The notes below the pieces were generated by a model. It was not told the DNA's origin. It saw only the letters and a program-made list of their open reading frames with translations, and did not search any database. Positions 27,323 to 36,899 of a stretch of DNA of 63,841 nt are shown piece after piece. This DNA is from Minisyncoccota bacterium. GTDB taxonomy: Bacteria; Patescibacteriota; Minisyncoccia; Phycocordibacterales; JACOZG01. Position numbers and translations under genes: made by a program. The DNA lies in assembly GCA_020057185.1 (NCBI GenBank), contig JAGVGK010000005.1, forward strand, positions 1 through 63,841, given 5' to 3'. Each line of letters opens with the position of its first letter. The stretch's first letter is position 1.

Positions 27323-28416
27323 TTTTGTAAAACTGAAAAAATCCGTTCGGTGACTTGATCATCCCATAATGGAATCCGTCGGGGTTGAAAATTTGTATCG
27401 TTCAAATGAGCCATAATTTCGCTTGGAACGGCCTGTTCAACCGAGAATAATTTATTGGACCCCAACTCTAAAGTAATTGGTCGTTCAGTATTGTCACGCA
27501 GTGTAGCACAAGGTATTCCCAAATGAGAAGTTTCCTCTTGAATCCCCCCTGAATCAGTAAGTACGCCTAAACTAAATTTAATTAATTGTATAAAATCGAA
27601 ATAACCCAAGGGGTCAATCACCTGAAAAGGAACAAGTAATTTACCTAAACCGTAACTGATAATTTGTTTTTTTGTCCCAGGGTGTAGTGGTAAAACTATT
27701 TTTTTATTTTTACTTAATTCAACCAACAAGCATAAGATTTTTTTTATCTGGACTAAACTATCGGTATTCTCCTGCCTGTGGATAGTTGTTAAAATATATT
27801 CCTTGGGTTTCAAATTTAATCTGTTAAGAATATCCGAAGCATCAATTTTGTCTTTAAAAATTTCCAAAGATTCAATCATAATATTACCCACCAAATGAAT
27901 TTTTTTATCTTTTACTCCTTCTCGATGTAAGTTCTCGACCCCCGACGGTTCGGAAACAAAAAGTAAATTGGACAAATGGTCAATGATCGCTCGATTTATC
28001 TCTTCTGGCATCCGGCGATCATGGCTACGCAATCCGGCCTCAATATGAACAAGGGGGAGTCGTCGTTTAACACTTGCTAGCGCCCCTGCTAAAGTAGAAT
28101 TAACATCGCCAAAAATCACTACCCCATCAAATTTATGTTGTTTAAAAACATCTTTTAAGGAATCAAACATTAAACCGATTTTTTCCGTGTGTTTTTCTCC
28201 TTTCATTTCCAAAATAATCTCTGGCCTAGGAATACCCAACTCATCAAAAAAAACTTTCGACATCTGCTGGTCAAAATGCTGACCCGTGTGAACCCCCGTA
28301 AATTTAAACTGTGGATAATTTCGGGCTCGACGAAAAAAAGGGGCGGCTTTAATGAAATTAGGTCGAGCGCCAACAATGACTGCAAAATTGGGTACAGATT
28401 TTTTCAAAAAAAACAT
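27310..28416 (-). CDS. wecB: UDP-N-acetylglucosamine 2-epimerase (non-hydrolysing)
   Basis: VHTGQHFD, GDVNSTLAGALA, HIEAGLRS, HRQEN and DSGGIQEE. Confidence 0.9.
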   Translation of the reverse strand: MFFLKKSVPNFAVIVGARPNFIKAAPFFRRARNYPQFKFTGVHTGQHFDQQMSKVFFDELGIPRPEIILEMKGEKHTEKIGLMFDSLKDVFKQHKFDGVVIFGDVNSTLAGALASVKRRLPLVHIEAGLRSHDRRMPEEINRAIIDHLSNLLFVSEPSGVENLHREGVKDKKIHLVGNIMIESLEIFKDKIDASDILNRLNLKPKEYILTTIHRQENTDSLVQIKKILCLLVELSKNKKIVLPLHPGTKKQIISYGLGKLLVPFQVIDPLGYFDFIQLIKFSLGVLTDSGGIQEETSHLGIPCATLRDNTERPITLELGSNKLFSVEQAVPSEIMAHLNDTNFQPRRIPLWDDQVTERIFSVLQKWDF

Positions 28417-28421
28417 AGGGA

Positions 28422-29378
28422 TTAATTAATTCGATAATATTCCTTCATCCATTGGATAGTCCGCTTAATTCCCTCATTCAAGTCAACAGTCTGCTTTAAA
28501 TTGAGCTGTTTCGCCGCTCGAGAAGCATCTACCTTTTTATTTTTAGTGGTTAAAATTTCTGACTCTTGATAGTGAAGTAAAGATTTTTTTGCCCCACTGT
28601 GCTTAAGAACCAAATCAGCTAGAAGTTCAATGTCGTGCTCTTCACCGCCAGCAATATTATAAATTTCCCCCGATTTAAAATCGTCTACAATATTTGCCAA
28701 GGCATTGGCAGTATCTTCAAGATAAGTAGAAGTCCGAGTATGGCCACGATAAATAACTATCGGTATGCCAAAAAGCAAATGGTAACAAAATTTACAATTT
28801 ACACTCCGATATGGATGATACCACTCACCCGGTCCGTAAGTATTGAAGAGTCTAACTATAACTGTTTCGGTCCCATGTTTTATTTTTGAATTCCGGATTT
28901 GTTGTTCATTAACCCATTTAGACAAAGCGTAATCATTCAACTGTTTGACCTCATATTTATCCATTACATCTTCAGACATAACCTGATCAAAATCGCCATA
29001 AACTTCAGAGGAAGAAAAGTGGATTAATTTAAAACCCAATTTCTCTTGCAAGCGAATAATGTTTTTCGTTCCGATTGCATTGGAACGCCAAACTTGTTCA
29101 TAAAAATCTTCACCATTCCAGCGACCAAACTCAGCAGCACAGTGGTAAACAAAATCAAATGGGCTGGCTTTTTGGAAAACTCTCTCCAGCTGTCTAAAAT
29201 CCGCTACATCACAGCGAGAATAGTAAAACTTACCTTTAGACATAGGGTGTTCCCAACCAACTTCGCCCAAATCGTGAGAAAGATCTAACCCAAAAACATT
29301 ATGTCCCCGCTCACCAAGAACCTTAGTGAGCCAAGACCCCACCACCCCCTTACTACCAGTAATCAGTATGCGTGACAT
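28422..29378 (-). CDS. NAD-dependent sugar epimerase/dehydratase (extended SDR)
   Basis: ILITGSKGVVGSW and YALSK. Confidence 0.85.
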   Translation of the reverse strand: MSRILITGSKGVVGSWLTKVLGERGHNVFGLDLSHDLGEVGWEHPMSKGKFYYSRCDVADFRQLERVFQKASPFDFVYHCAAEFGRWNGEDFYEQVWRSNAIGTKNIIRLQEKLGFKLIHFSSSEVYGDFDQVMSEDVMDKYEVKQLNDYALSKWVNEQQIRNSKIKHGTETVIVRLFNTYGPGEWYHPYRSVNCKFCYHLLFGIPIVIYRGHTRTSTYLEDTANALANIVDDFKSGEIYNIAGGEEHDIELLADLVLKHSGAKKSLLHYQESEILTTKNKKVDASRAAKQLNLKQTVDLNEGIKRTIQWMKEYYRIN

Positions 29379-29387
29379 ATCCCCATC

Positions 29388-29396
29388 ATCATATCA
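29388..29396 (-). promoter_or_regulatory. Extended -10 TGATATGAT, 9 nt upstream of the ATG at 29378
   Basis: Lies just downstream of the terminator at 29417..29443. Confidence 0.35.
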
Positions 29397-29416
29397 TTAA
29401 AATAAATTTTTTCAAG

Positions 29417-29443
29417 AAAAAAAGCCCGGCGAGAACGCCGAGC
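29417..29443 (-). terminator. Intrinsic terminator
   Basis: On the minus strand: GCTCGGCG-TTCT-CGCCGGGC followed by TTTTTTT. Confidence 0.75.
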
Positions 29444-29473
29444 TTGAATATGTGATTTTCGCAACCTGATTCT

Positions 29474-30190
29474 TCAATCGGAACCGGGGAAATCCCAATT
29501 TGGGGTTTCAACGATTTCCTTTCGGTTTTTAAAATAAAAGAATACTTCCTGAAATGTAGCGGCAAATCCCCGGCGAATGTGATCCTCAATTTTGAGAGCA
29601 TCGGTCATTGCCGACTCAAAACAGGTCGCCATCTTGACTCCTTGACTACCAAGTATGGGCGCCCACCAGTTTGTCGCTTTCGGGAGAAGCATTCGGTAAT
29701 CGATCCAGTATCTCACTTCCTTCATTGCAGCCACGAGATATGGGAACATTCTTCCGCCGTGATAAGCGACGGAGACACTTCCGACGTTCTCGAATCGATG
29801 CTCTTCGGCCTTTCTTACAATGGCCAATGCTTCTTCTTTGGAGTTGGTGATCGGATCCATAACAATCAGATCACCTCGACTGGCGCCATGTGATACTAAC
29901 TCTTGGACAAGGGCATCCGAACCAATCCAAGCCGATTGTGGGGTTGAACCACTAGTCGCTCGTCCATCCCCGCCAACTACCCAAATAGGACATTGATACC
30001 GACGACCCATTCCAACTGCATGATCAAACAAACTACCTTCTTGGTACATTCCTTGAGATAGACCGTGAACCGCCACGGCATCAAGTTTATCTGGTTCATC
30101 ACTCATACAAGCAAAAGTAATGGCTATTTGTGCCACCGAGACGGACTTCTCTACCAATGCTAATGTAAACGGATCGACTGATCGCCCCAT
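29474..30190 (-). CDS. Hypothetical protein, DUF218/YdcF-like candidate
   Basis: IWVVGGDG...SGS and ITNSKEEALAI resemble the YdcF pattern. Visibly higher GC than neighbouring genes. Has its own terminator. Confidence 0.4.
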   Translation of the reverse strand: MGRSVDPFTLALVEKSVSVAQIAITFACMSDEPDKLDAVAVHGLSQGMYQEGSLFDHAVGMGRRYQCPIWVVGGDGRATSGSTPQSAWIGSDALVQELVSHGASRGDLIVMDPITNSKEEALAIVRKAEEHRFENVGSVSVAYHGGRMFPYLVAAMKEVRYWIDYRMLLPKATNWWAPILGSQGVKMATCFESAMTDALKIEDHIRRGFAATFQEVFFYFKNRKEIVETPNWDFPGSD

Positions 30191-30294
30191 CACAACACCA
30201 TCCTTTCAATCAAAGAACTCCTCTTGAATCAGTTTCGCTAGCCAATTTAATCCTAACACACTGTACCTAAAATCACAATCCCACTTCCAAAATT

Positions 30295-31032
30295 TCAAGA
30301 CCTTTCGATAACCGAGACGCCACGCTGTTGAACCACCCGAGAAGCACACTTATTTGCGAATTTGATAGCATCTTCAATATTATTAGTTTCAGCATATTTT
30401 ACTAAAAGGGCAGCAAAAAAACTGTCACCAGCGCCAGATAAATCTTTAACCTCTACCTTATCCACTGGATACGATTTCCCCTGAAAAGTTGCCCCAAGAT
30501 CGCCTTTAGTACAGATTATTTTATTAACTAGGGAATTGGGTATTGATGATTTTGAACGCTCGTATTCATAATTGTTTATCTTAATAAACTTGGCTTTTTC
30601 GGCCCAATGACCGAGAACTTTTTTAGTATCCACAAAAACATTGCTGTGATTTTTACATAAATAAGCGATATCATCTTCTGTCAAAAATCCTTTATTGTAA
30701 TCGGAGACAGCAATGATATCGTACATCAGTGGAATTTTTTGAATCACCACTCGCGGAATATGATGATCCGTATCTACGCGCATAAAAGCGTGATTACTAC
30801 CTCGATGCATGTAACGAGTTTTAGTGACTAGTTTCCAACCATCATTGGTCACAATATCACAGGCCTTATAGATATTTTTTACATTGCGTTCCACATTCTT
30901 GGCCATTCCTGGATTTTCTATCTGCTCGATCACGCTCAATACTGGAATCGGCAAATCGGGGGCTAAACGATCGGCATTACAATAAACAAAAATATCTTTA
31001 CAGCTTTCACCAACAATAAGTATTTTTTTCAT
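30295..31032 (-). CDS. PfkB-family sugar kinase, HldA/RfaE-domain-I-like
   Basis: N-terminus ILIVGESCKDIFVY..RLAPDLPIPVL resembles heptose-7-P kinases. GAGDSF signature present. Short, at 245 aa. Confidence 0.65.
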   Translation of the reverse strand: MKKILIVGESCKDIFVYCNADRLAPDLPIPVLSVIEQIENPGMAKNVERNVKNIYKACDIVTNDGWKLVTKTRYMHRGSNHAFMRVDTDHHIPRVVIQKIPLMYDIIAVSDYNKGFLTEDDIAYLCKNHSNVFVDTKKVLGHWAEKAKFIKINNYEYERSKSSIPNSLVNKIICTKGDLGATFQGKSYPVDKVEVKDLSGAGDSFFAALLVKYAETNNIEDAIKFANKCASRVVQQRGVSVIERS

Positions 31033-32084
31033 AATGTTACGGTGGGTGCCATGTGTAGTTCTTCAAATGTAAGTTTGGTATCAATTTTAGGTTTGTTAAG
31101 AATATTGAGTATGGCGTTAGCGACATTTACCTTAGTTGGATACCAAAACTCGCTTAGCGCCGACGAAGTTGGACACGGTACATCAGGACACGCCAGTGAT
31201 TGTGGCGTGACCATAAACTCTACACCCCCCTGTACCGCTTTGGCGATAACCTCGGAACCAACAGAAAAAGCCGAGCTAGTTGTGTCAACTGTAAGCAATC
31301 GTCTAGTCTTTTTAAGCGAGGCGGAGATAGTCTTGTGGTCAATAGGATTGAGTGATACCAAATCGATAAGTTCGACCCTTGTTGTATCTCCTATGAGTTC
31401 CAGAGCTTGACGAGCAGCAAACAACGCATCACCATAACTTACTACAGTTATATCACTCCCTTTTTTAATAATACGCGCCTTATTGAGAGACACCTCGTAT
31501 AATTCTTCTGGCACCTGTTCTTTAACACCGTACAGCCAGCGTGGCTCAAGCATAACTACCGGATCATCCGCACGCACAGCAGCGATAAGAAGTCCTTTGG
31601 CAGTATAAGGCGATGACGGGATAACTACGCGCAATCCCATCACACCACCGAACATCCCATAAAAGGCCTGCGAGTGTTGTGGACCATTTCCCCACTGTCG
31701 CCCCACTACAATACGCAAAGTAACAGGGGCTGAACCACCATTACCACCAAACATATATCGCCATTTAGCTGCCTGGGTAAACATCTGATCGGATGCCAAA
31801 AGGGAGAACTCCACCCGGTCATGAAAAACTATCGGTCGCAACCCACCAATAGAAGCACCTACCGCTAGACCCGTAAGGGCCGCTTCACTTGTGGGCATAT
31901 CGAGCACACGATTGGGATATATTTGTGCAAGACTACCCACACCACCAGTACCTTGCGGAACACCGAGTCCCAGTACTAACACGCGTGGATCGCTTACCAA
32001 CAGTTGTTCTGTCGCTTCTTTAAGCGCGTCAGCATATTTAATAGGTTCGCGTACATTTGTTCGTCCGTTTTTAGTTGTAGACAT
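31029..32084 (-). CDS. TPP-dependent dehydrogenase E1 component, beta subunit
   Basis: LDMPTSEAALTGLAVGASIGGLRPIV. ATG at 32084 preferred. Confidence 0.85.
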   Translation of the reverse strand: MSTTKNGRTNVREPIKYADALKEATEQLLVSDPRVLVLGLGVPQGTGGVGSLAQIYPNRVLDMPTSEAALTGLAVGASIGGLRPIVFHDRVEFSLLASDQMFTQAAKWRYMFGGNGGSAPVTLRIVVGRQWGNGPQHSQAFYGMFGGVMGLRVVIPSSPYTAKGLLIAAVRADDPVVMLEPRWLYGVKEQVPEELYEVSLNKARIIKKGSDITVVSYGDALFAARQALELIGDTTRVELIDLVSLNPIDHKTISASLKKTRRLLTVDTTSSAFSVGSEVIAKAVQGGVEFMVTPQSLACPDVPCPTSSALSEFWYPTKVNVANAILNILNKPKIDTKLTFEELHMAPTVTL

Positions 32085-33042
32085 TTGTGTAAAGTTCTTC
32101 TTTAGACGGGTATGGTTGCTCAAGCGCCCAAGCAATATCAGTACATATTTTCTGGCGTAAGTTTTCTTCCTCTTTTGCTAGTTTTTTTTCCAAAACGCCA
32201 CTCATCACAATTTTTATTTTTAATTTTTTAAGCGGATCTTTCTTGAGTCGCTCTTCTAACACATCCCCCGTGCGATGCTTTTCTTCCATAAGTGGGGTCG
32301 AGTGCGCCATATGACGATACACTAAACATTCAAGCACTGCCGGCCCTCCTCCTTTACGAATCGATCCTACAAGTTTGACTGTCTTAGTATATACATCCTC
32401 ATAATCATTGCCATCTGCATGCTCATACTTCACCCCCAACCCGGTCGCAATTTTTTCGAGATTGTAGCCTTGAGATCGACGATTCTTAATGGGCGAGTTG
32501 ATAGACCACTGATTATTTTCTAACACAAAAAGAATTGGGACCTTACGGAGCGCGGCAAGATTGTATGTCTCGTATACAACACCTTCTTCTGAGGCACCAT
32601 CGCCATAAAACACCGCTACAACACCTGGTTTGCCTAAATACTTTTGCGCAAAAGCAACCCCGGTAGCGATAGGCACTGCGCTTCCAAGTAATGGTGAGGA
32701 TCCAGTAAAATTAACCGAGCGATCTACTTGGTGCATTGAACCACCCTTGCCGTGAGCTGAACCAGTGACACGACCAAAAAGTTCGGCCGCTAACATACGG
32801 AAACTCCCCCCTTTAGCTAAGTAATGCCCGTGTGAACGGTGCGTACCCATCACTTGGTCATCAACCTTTAAGGCATCGCACACTCCAGTAGCTACTGCTT
32901 CTTGCCCTATATAAAAATGAACCATGCTAAAAACTTTTTTATTCAAATAATGCTTGACTAACTCCTCCTGAGCCACACGAAGGCGCAACATGTGGCTATA
33001 GGCTTTGTGAAAATCGATCATATCTTTTTTTAAATAAGCCAT
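32071..33042 (-). CDS. TPP-dependent dehydrogenase E1 component, alpha subunit
   Basis: TPP motif GDGASEEGVVYETYNLAALRKVPILFVLENNQW; also GKGGSMH. Confidence 0.88.
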   Translation of the reverse strand: MAYLKKDMIDFHKAYSHMLRLRVAQEELVKHYLNKKVFSMVHFYIGQEAVATGVCDALKVDDQVMGTHRSHGHYLAKGGSFRMLAAELFGRVTGSAHGKGGSMHQVDRSVNFTGSSPLLGSAVPIATGVAFAQKYLGKPGVVAVFYGDGASEEGVVYETYNLAALRKVPILFVLENNQWSINSPIKNRRSQGYNLEKIATGLGVKYEHADGNDYEDVYTKTVKLVGSIRKGGGPAVLECLVYRHMAHSTPLMEEKHRTGDVLEERLKKDPLKKLKIKIVMSGVLEKKLAKEEENLRQKICTDIAWALEQPYPSKEELYTNVYN

Positions 33043-33048
33043 GTTAGT

Positions 33049-34080
33049 TTACATCACAATTAAGATGCGACTTGCTTGTCCAGCACGTACTTGTTCAATA
33101 GCATTATTAATATCATTGAGTTTGACATGTTTGGTAATAATCCCATCGGTTTTTAGCATTCCAGCCTTGGCAAGTCGAACATAACGGGGAATATCTTTAC
33201 TTGGAACAAACCTGCCCCCTTGGGTAGCACGGACACTTTTCCCCTCACCACCAAAAAGGTGATTGGCATTCAAGAGTTCTATTGTTTGCCCTGGTTGAGG
33301 TTGCCCAACCATTACATATCGACCAATCCCCGAGAGAAGCGGTATAGTTGACTCAATCGCCTGTTTAGCGCCAGAACACTCAATAATAACATCGACATCT
33401 TTAAGACCGACTGTTCCAATCATTTTTGAAATATCTTCCTTCGCTGTGTTAATAAAAAGGTTAGCGCCCATCGACAGTGCCAACTCCTTCTTGGGGTCGT
33501 GAATGTCGACCGAGATAATGGGATAAGCGCCAGCAAGTTGGGCCGCTTTTATAAGATTTATGCCAAGACCTCCCGCCCCCACGATCATTACACTTTCACC
33601 AAATTTAACATGCGCTTCCTCATTAATAGTACCAAGCGCGGTTGAAAGACTACAGCCCAAGAGTGCGCATAACTCCTCGGGGGTATCTAACGGAACAGAT
33701 GTCAGGCGATTTTCGGAACAAATAGAATACTCACTAAAGGTTGTAACTTTACCACTTTTAATCCGCTTGCCCTTATACTCGTACTCGGGAAAATCAGACT
33801 CTATTCCCTGACCCTGTCGCCAATGCATCACCACCTTGTCACCTTTTTTAACACGAGTGACGCCAACACCCACATCCTCCACAAAACCACACCCTTCGTG
33901 CCCCATCAAATGGGGCACGAACTTGGCATTCCCTTTGTTCCCAGCAATTTCCTGCAATTGGGCGCCACAAATACCACTGACTAATATCCTGACCAAGACC
34001 TGACCGAATTGAAGCGGGGTTAATTTTACCTCTCCAATAACCAGCGGCATGTTAATTTTTTCGAGAACAGCAGCTTTCAT
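33049..34080 (-). CDS. Zinc-type medium-chain alcohol dehydrogenase
   Basis: GHEGCGFVEDVG and VGAGGLG. Confidence 0.88.
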   Translation of the reverse strand: MKAAVLEKINMPLVIGEVKLTPLQFGQVLVRILVSGICGAQLQEIAGNKGNAKFVPHLMGHEGCGFVEDVGVGVTRVKKGDKVVMHWRQGQGIESDFPEYEYKGKRIKSGKVTTFSEYSICSENRLTSVPLDTPEELCALLGCSLSTALGTINEEAHVKFGESVMIVGAGGLGINLIKAAQLAGAYPIISVDIHDPKKELALSMGANLFINTAKEDISKMIGTVGLKDVDVIIECSGAKQAIESTIPLLSGIGRYVMVGQPQPGQTIELLNANHLFGGEGKSVRATQGGRFVPSKDIPRYVRLAKAGMLKTDGIITKHVKLNDINNAIEQVRAGQASRILIVM

Positions 34081-34150
34081 AATACTATTTTAATTTTAAT
34101 ATAGATTGATAATAACACAAAATCCATTATACTAGTAAATAATAATTTAT

Positions 34151-34963
34151 ATGTCGAGTATCATCCTACTTTTACCTTTCGGATTAGGCGACCACATTAT
34201 CTGTCACAGTATTGTTCGCGAACACTGTGTTAAATACGAACGGGTGACAATTTTTGCCGAACCACGCAACATAGAAACAGTGAAATTTATGTATCGTGAC
34301 TTAAAAAACCTAATAATTATCGCGGGGAATAAAAGCTTTGCCAAAAATTTTATTTTATCGCATCTTGCTATCAACGCTCCCGCGACAGTTACCCCTAGGT
34401 ATGAATATCTAAAAATCATCGGGTTCCAATATTTTAATCCCCACTCTGGTGTGTTGTTTGAACAACAAGAATATCAACTGGCTGGATTAGATTTGGAAAA
34501 AAAATGGAGTGGTTTTAAGATTGATAGGGATTTAATTAGGGAACAACAACTCCTCAAAAAATCTGGCATAAGGGGAGAATACGTTTTTTTGCATGAAGAC
34601 CGTTCTAGAAATTATATTATTAACAGAAACCTAATTAGCAAAAAGTTTAATTTTTTTGTTCCCAAGCCGCAAATGACTGATAATATGTTTGATTACTGTA
34701 CCATTATAGAAAAGGCTAAGGAAATTCATGTGATAGATTCTTCTTTTATGTTTTTAATTGATGTATTAAATTACAACAATCCAGAACAAAAATTATATAT
34801 CCATCGTTATGCTAGACCAAACATTGAATGGAAATTACCTATTCTTAAGAAAAATTGGCAAATTATAGATATGGGGTACAGCAAACTAAGTCAGTACCTG
34901 CGCAACAGCATTTTCTCAGCCAAACAAACTATCCACAGGGTTTGGAATGTATGTTCATGTTAG
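34151..34963 (+). CDS. Hypothetical protein, weakly GT9 (heptosyltransferase)-like
   Basis: LPFGLGDHII and IHVIDSSFMFL loosely resemble the GT9 GDxx and DSGxxHLA regions. Confidence 0.35.
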   Translation: MSSIILLLPFGLGDHIICHSIVREHCVKYERVTIFAEPRNIETVKFMYRDLKNLIIIAGNKSFAKNFILSHLAINAPATVTPRYEYLKIIGFQYFNPHSGVLFEQQEYQLAGLDLEKKWSGFKIDRDLIREQQLLKKSGIRGEYVFLHEDRSRNYIINRNLISKKFNFFVPKPQMTDNMFDYCTIIEKAKEIHVIDSSFMFLIDVLNYNNPEQKLYIHRYARPNIEWKLPILKKNWQIIDMGYSKLSQYLRNSIFSAKQTIHRVWNVCSC

Positions 34964-36261
34964 AGAAAATAAAGCTAAAAATATTCGGGGCTCTCCGTTG
35001 GAGTGAGAAGCACACTCAAACAGATATGGTTTACCTGGCTAAGGGAGGATTTTGGCTAATTATAAGCCAGGTTATCTCTTCTTTGGCTTCCCTCGTTCTT
35101 GTAATTGCCTTCGCCAATCTCATTTCCGCCGAGTTATATGGTAATTATAGATACATTATATCGATCATCGGGATGTTGTCTGCTGCCACTTTTCCCGGAA
35201 TAAACTCAATGGCAATTAAAAGCGTGGCTAATGGAGATGAAGATACCTTTTGGAAACTACTGAAAAAAAGGGGTGTTTGGTCTCTGGCTAGCACCGGGGC
35301 TAGTTTGCTTTTATCTCTCTACTATCAAATCAACGGCAACACCAACTTATCAACAATCCTTGTTATTGTTGCTATCGCCATACCACTTTCTTCAGTGGTC
35401 GGCATGTATTCGGCTTTTTTGAACGGGAAGAAAGATTTCCGGAGACTGGCCCAATGGTCAACTTTAGCAAGGTTAGTAGTGACTGCTTCTTTTATCATCA
35501 TTCTCCCCTTCGTTGATAGTTTATTTGCTCTGTTTCTTTTGTATTTCATACCAGAAATGTTGGTGGAGAGTTTCTTTTTGATAATTTTATATCGACGAAA
35601 AACAAGCAAAATTCCGGCAGAAAGAAGCAACATTAAAAAATTAACTAAGTTTGGTTTTCATCTAAGTTTAATGGAGGTTTTAAAAACAATTGCCGGTCAG
35701 GCAGACAAGATCCTTATTTTTCATTATTTGGGAGCGGCAGAATTGGCTATTTACACCATCGCAACTACCGCCCCCAGTCAAATAAAAAGCGTGCTACAAA
35801 ACATCAGCACTCTTGCCTGGCCGAAGTTCAGCAGCGCCAAAGAAGAAAACATAAGAACGACTTTACCAGCCAAACTATTTAAGTTAGAGCTAATTATTAT
35901 TGGATTAGTAGCTATTTATTGGATAGCGGCCCCCTTCTTGTTTCCGATTTTCTTTCCTAAATACGCCAGTGCAGTATTTATTTCCCAAATTTACTCATTA
36001 TCTCTATTATTTTTCCCTAGAACATTTTTCTCCACCGCAATGACTGCCCAACTTAAACAGAAAGAGATGTACGCCATTCGGATATTTGCCCCAATCATTA
36101 GAATTACGGTTTTTGCCATTGCCCTTCCATTTTGGGGCTTATGGGGCGCAATTATTGGATCGATAATCAGTAGTATATTAACAGCTGTCATTTATCAATT
36201 TTTCTTTAAGAGAGCTTTTCCCCGATCAATCAAAAATATTGCTCCATGCCATCCAAAATAA
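34951..36261 (+). CDS. wzx: Wzx-type (MOP superfamily) oligosaccharide flippase
   Basis: About 12-14 TM helices; size and topology are typical. ATG at 34951 or 34957 overlaps the end of the previous gene. Confidence 0.75.
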   Translation: MFMLEKIKLKIFGALRWSEKHTQTDMVYLAKGGFWLIISQVISSLASLVLVIAFANLISAELYGNYRYIISIIGMLSAATFPGINSMAIKSVANGDEDTFWKLLKKRGVWSLASTGASLLLSLYYQINGNTNLSTILVIVAIAIPLSSVVGMYSAFLNGKKDFRRLAQWSTLARLVVTASFIIILPFVDSLFALFLLYFIPEMLVESFFLIILYRRKTSKIPAERSNIKKLTKFGFHLSLMEVLKTIAGQADKILIFHYLGAAELAIYTIATTAPSQIKSVLQNISTLAWPKFSSAKEENIRTTLPAKLFKLELIIIGLVAIYWIAAPFLFPIFFPKYASAVFISQIYSLSLLFFPRTFFSTAMTAQLKQKEMYAIRIFAPIIRITVFAIALPFWGLWGAIIGSIISSILTAVIYQFFFKRAFPRSIKNIAPCHPK

Positions 36262-36899
36262 CCCTCAAAAGTGGCTTTGATTTGCGGATGTTCAGCAAGA
36301 AACTCTTTCCACGCCCTTCTTTCGCCCTTTTGATCATCAGATTCAAAACAATTCCAGTCGTCAAATAAAATCCTTGTTCCTGTTTGTAAATAAGGAAACA
36401 TAAAATCTAAAACATCTTTGGTCGACTCATATAAATCACAGTCGATTAATACCACTTTGGCCTTGCCTAAAGGTAAAGTCTCGAGTTTTGATTTATTTTT
36501 TAGCGACTCATCAAAAAAACCTTTGATTAAATAAACATTTTTACCTAAACATCCCTTGCTCCGCAAATTCTCTTGCACCTGCTCCAAAGAACAACAATAT
36601 TGCCCCTGCTTAAACCTCCAACCGGCATCAATCCCCTTAATTTCAGGTAAACCCTCAAATGAATCGAAACCAAAAAAATTTTGTCGGCCAATACTTCTTT
36701 TCCCTAGTTTGATAGCACGATAAAAAGAATAGCCCTCAAATAAACCAAACTCGTAGTAATCACCAACCAGATTTCTCGTTTGTCCAAAAGCGTTTTTTAA
36801 ACCTCGGGTTGTATCGGGCGTGGGGGTATAAAAAGAATGCCAACCAAATTTCTTTTTTAAATGATAATACTTACGAACAAGTCGGTCGGATAATTTCAT
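36195..36899 (-). CDS. TylF/MycF-family O-methyltransferase
   Basis: FDSFEGLP and DCDLYEST. ATG at 36899 forms an ATGA overlap with the upstream gene. Confidence 0.8.
   Translation of the reverse strand: MKLSDRLVRKYYHLKKKFGWHSFYTPTPDTTRGLKNAFGQTRNLVGDYYEFGLFEGYSFYRAIKLGKRSIGRQNFFGFDSFEGLPEIKGIDAGWRFKQGQYCCSLEQVQENLRSKGCLGKNVYLIKGFFDESLKNKSKLETLPLGKAKVVLIDCDLYESTKDVLDFMFPYLQTGTRILFDDWNCFESDDQKGERRAWKEFLAEHPQIKATFEGYFGWHGAIFLIDRGKALLKKN

Noticed and set aside
29389-29601. 70-aa minus-strand ORF spanning the 3' end of 29474..30190 and its terminator.
   Set aside because: It overlaps a better ORF and runs through the hairpin/T-run terminator. It has no features of a real gene.
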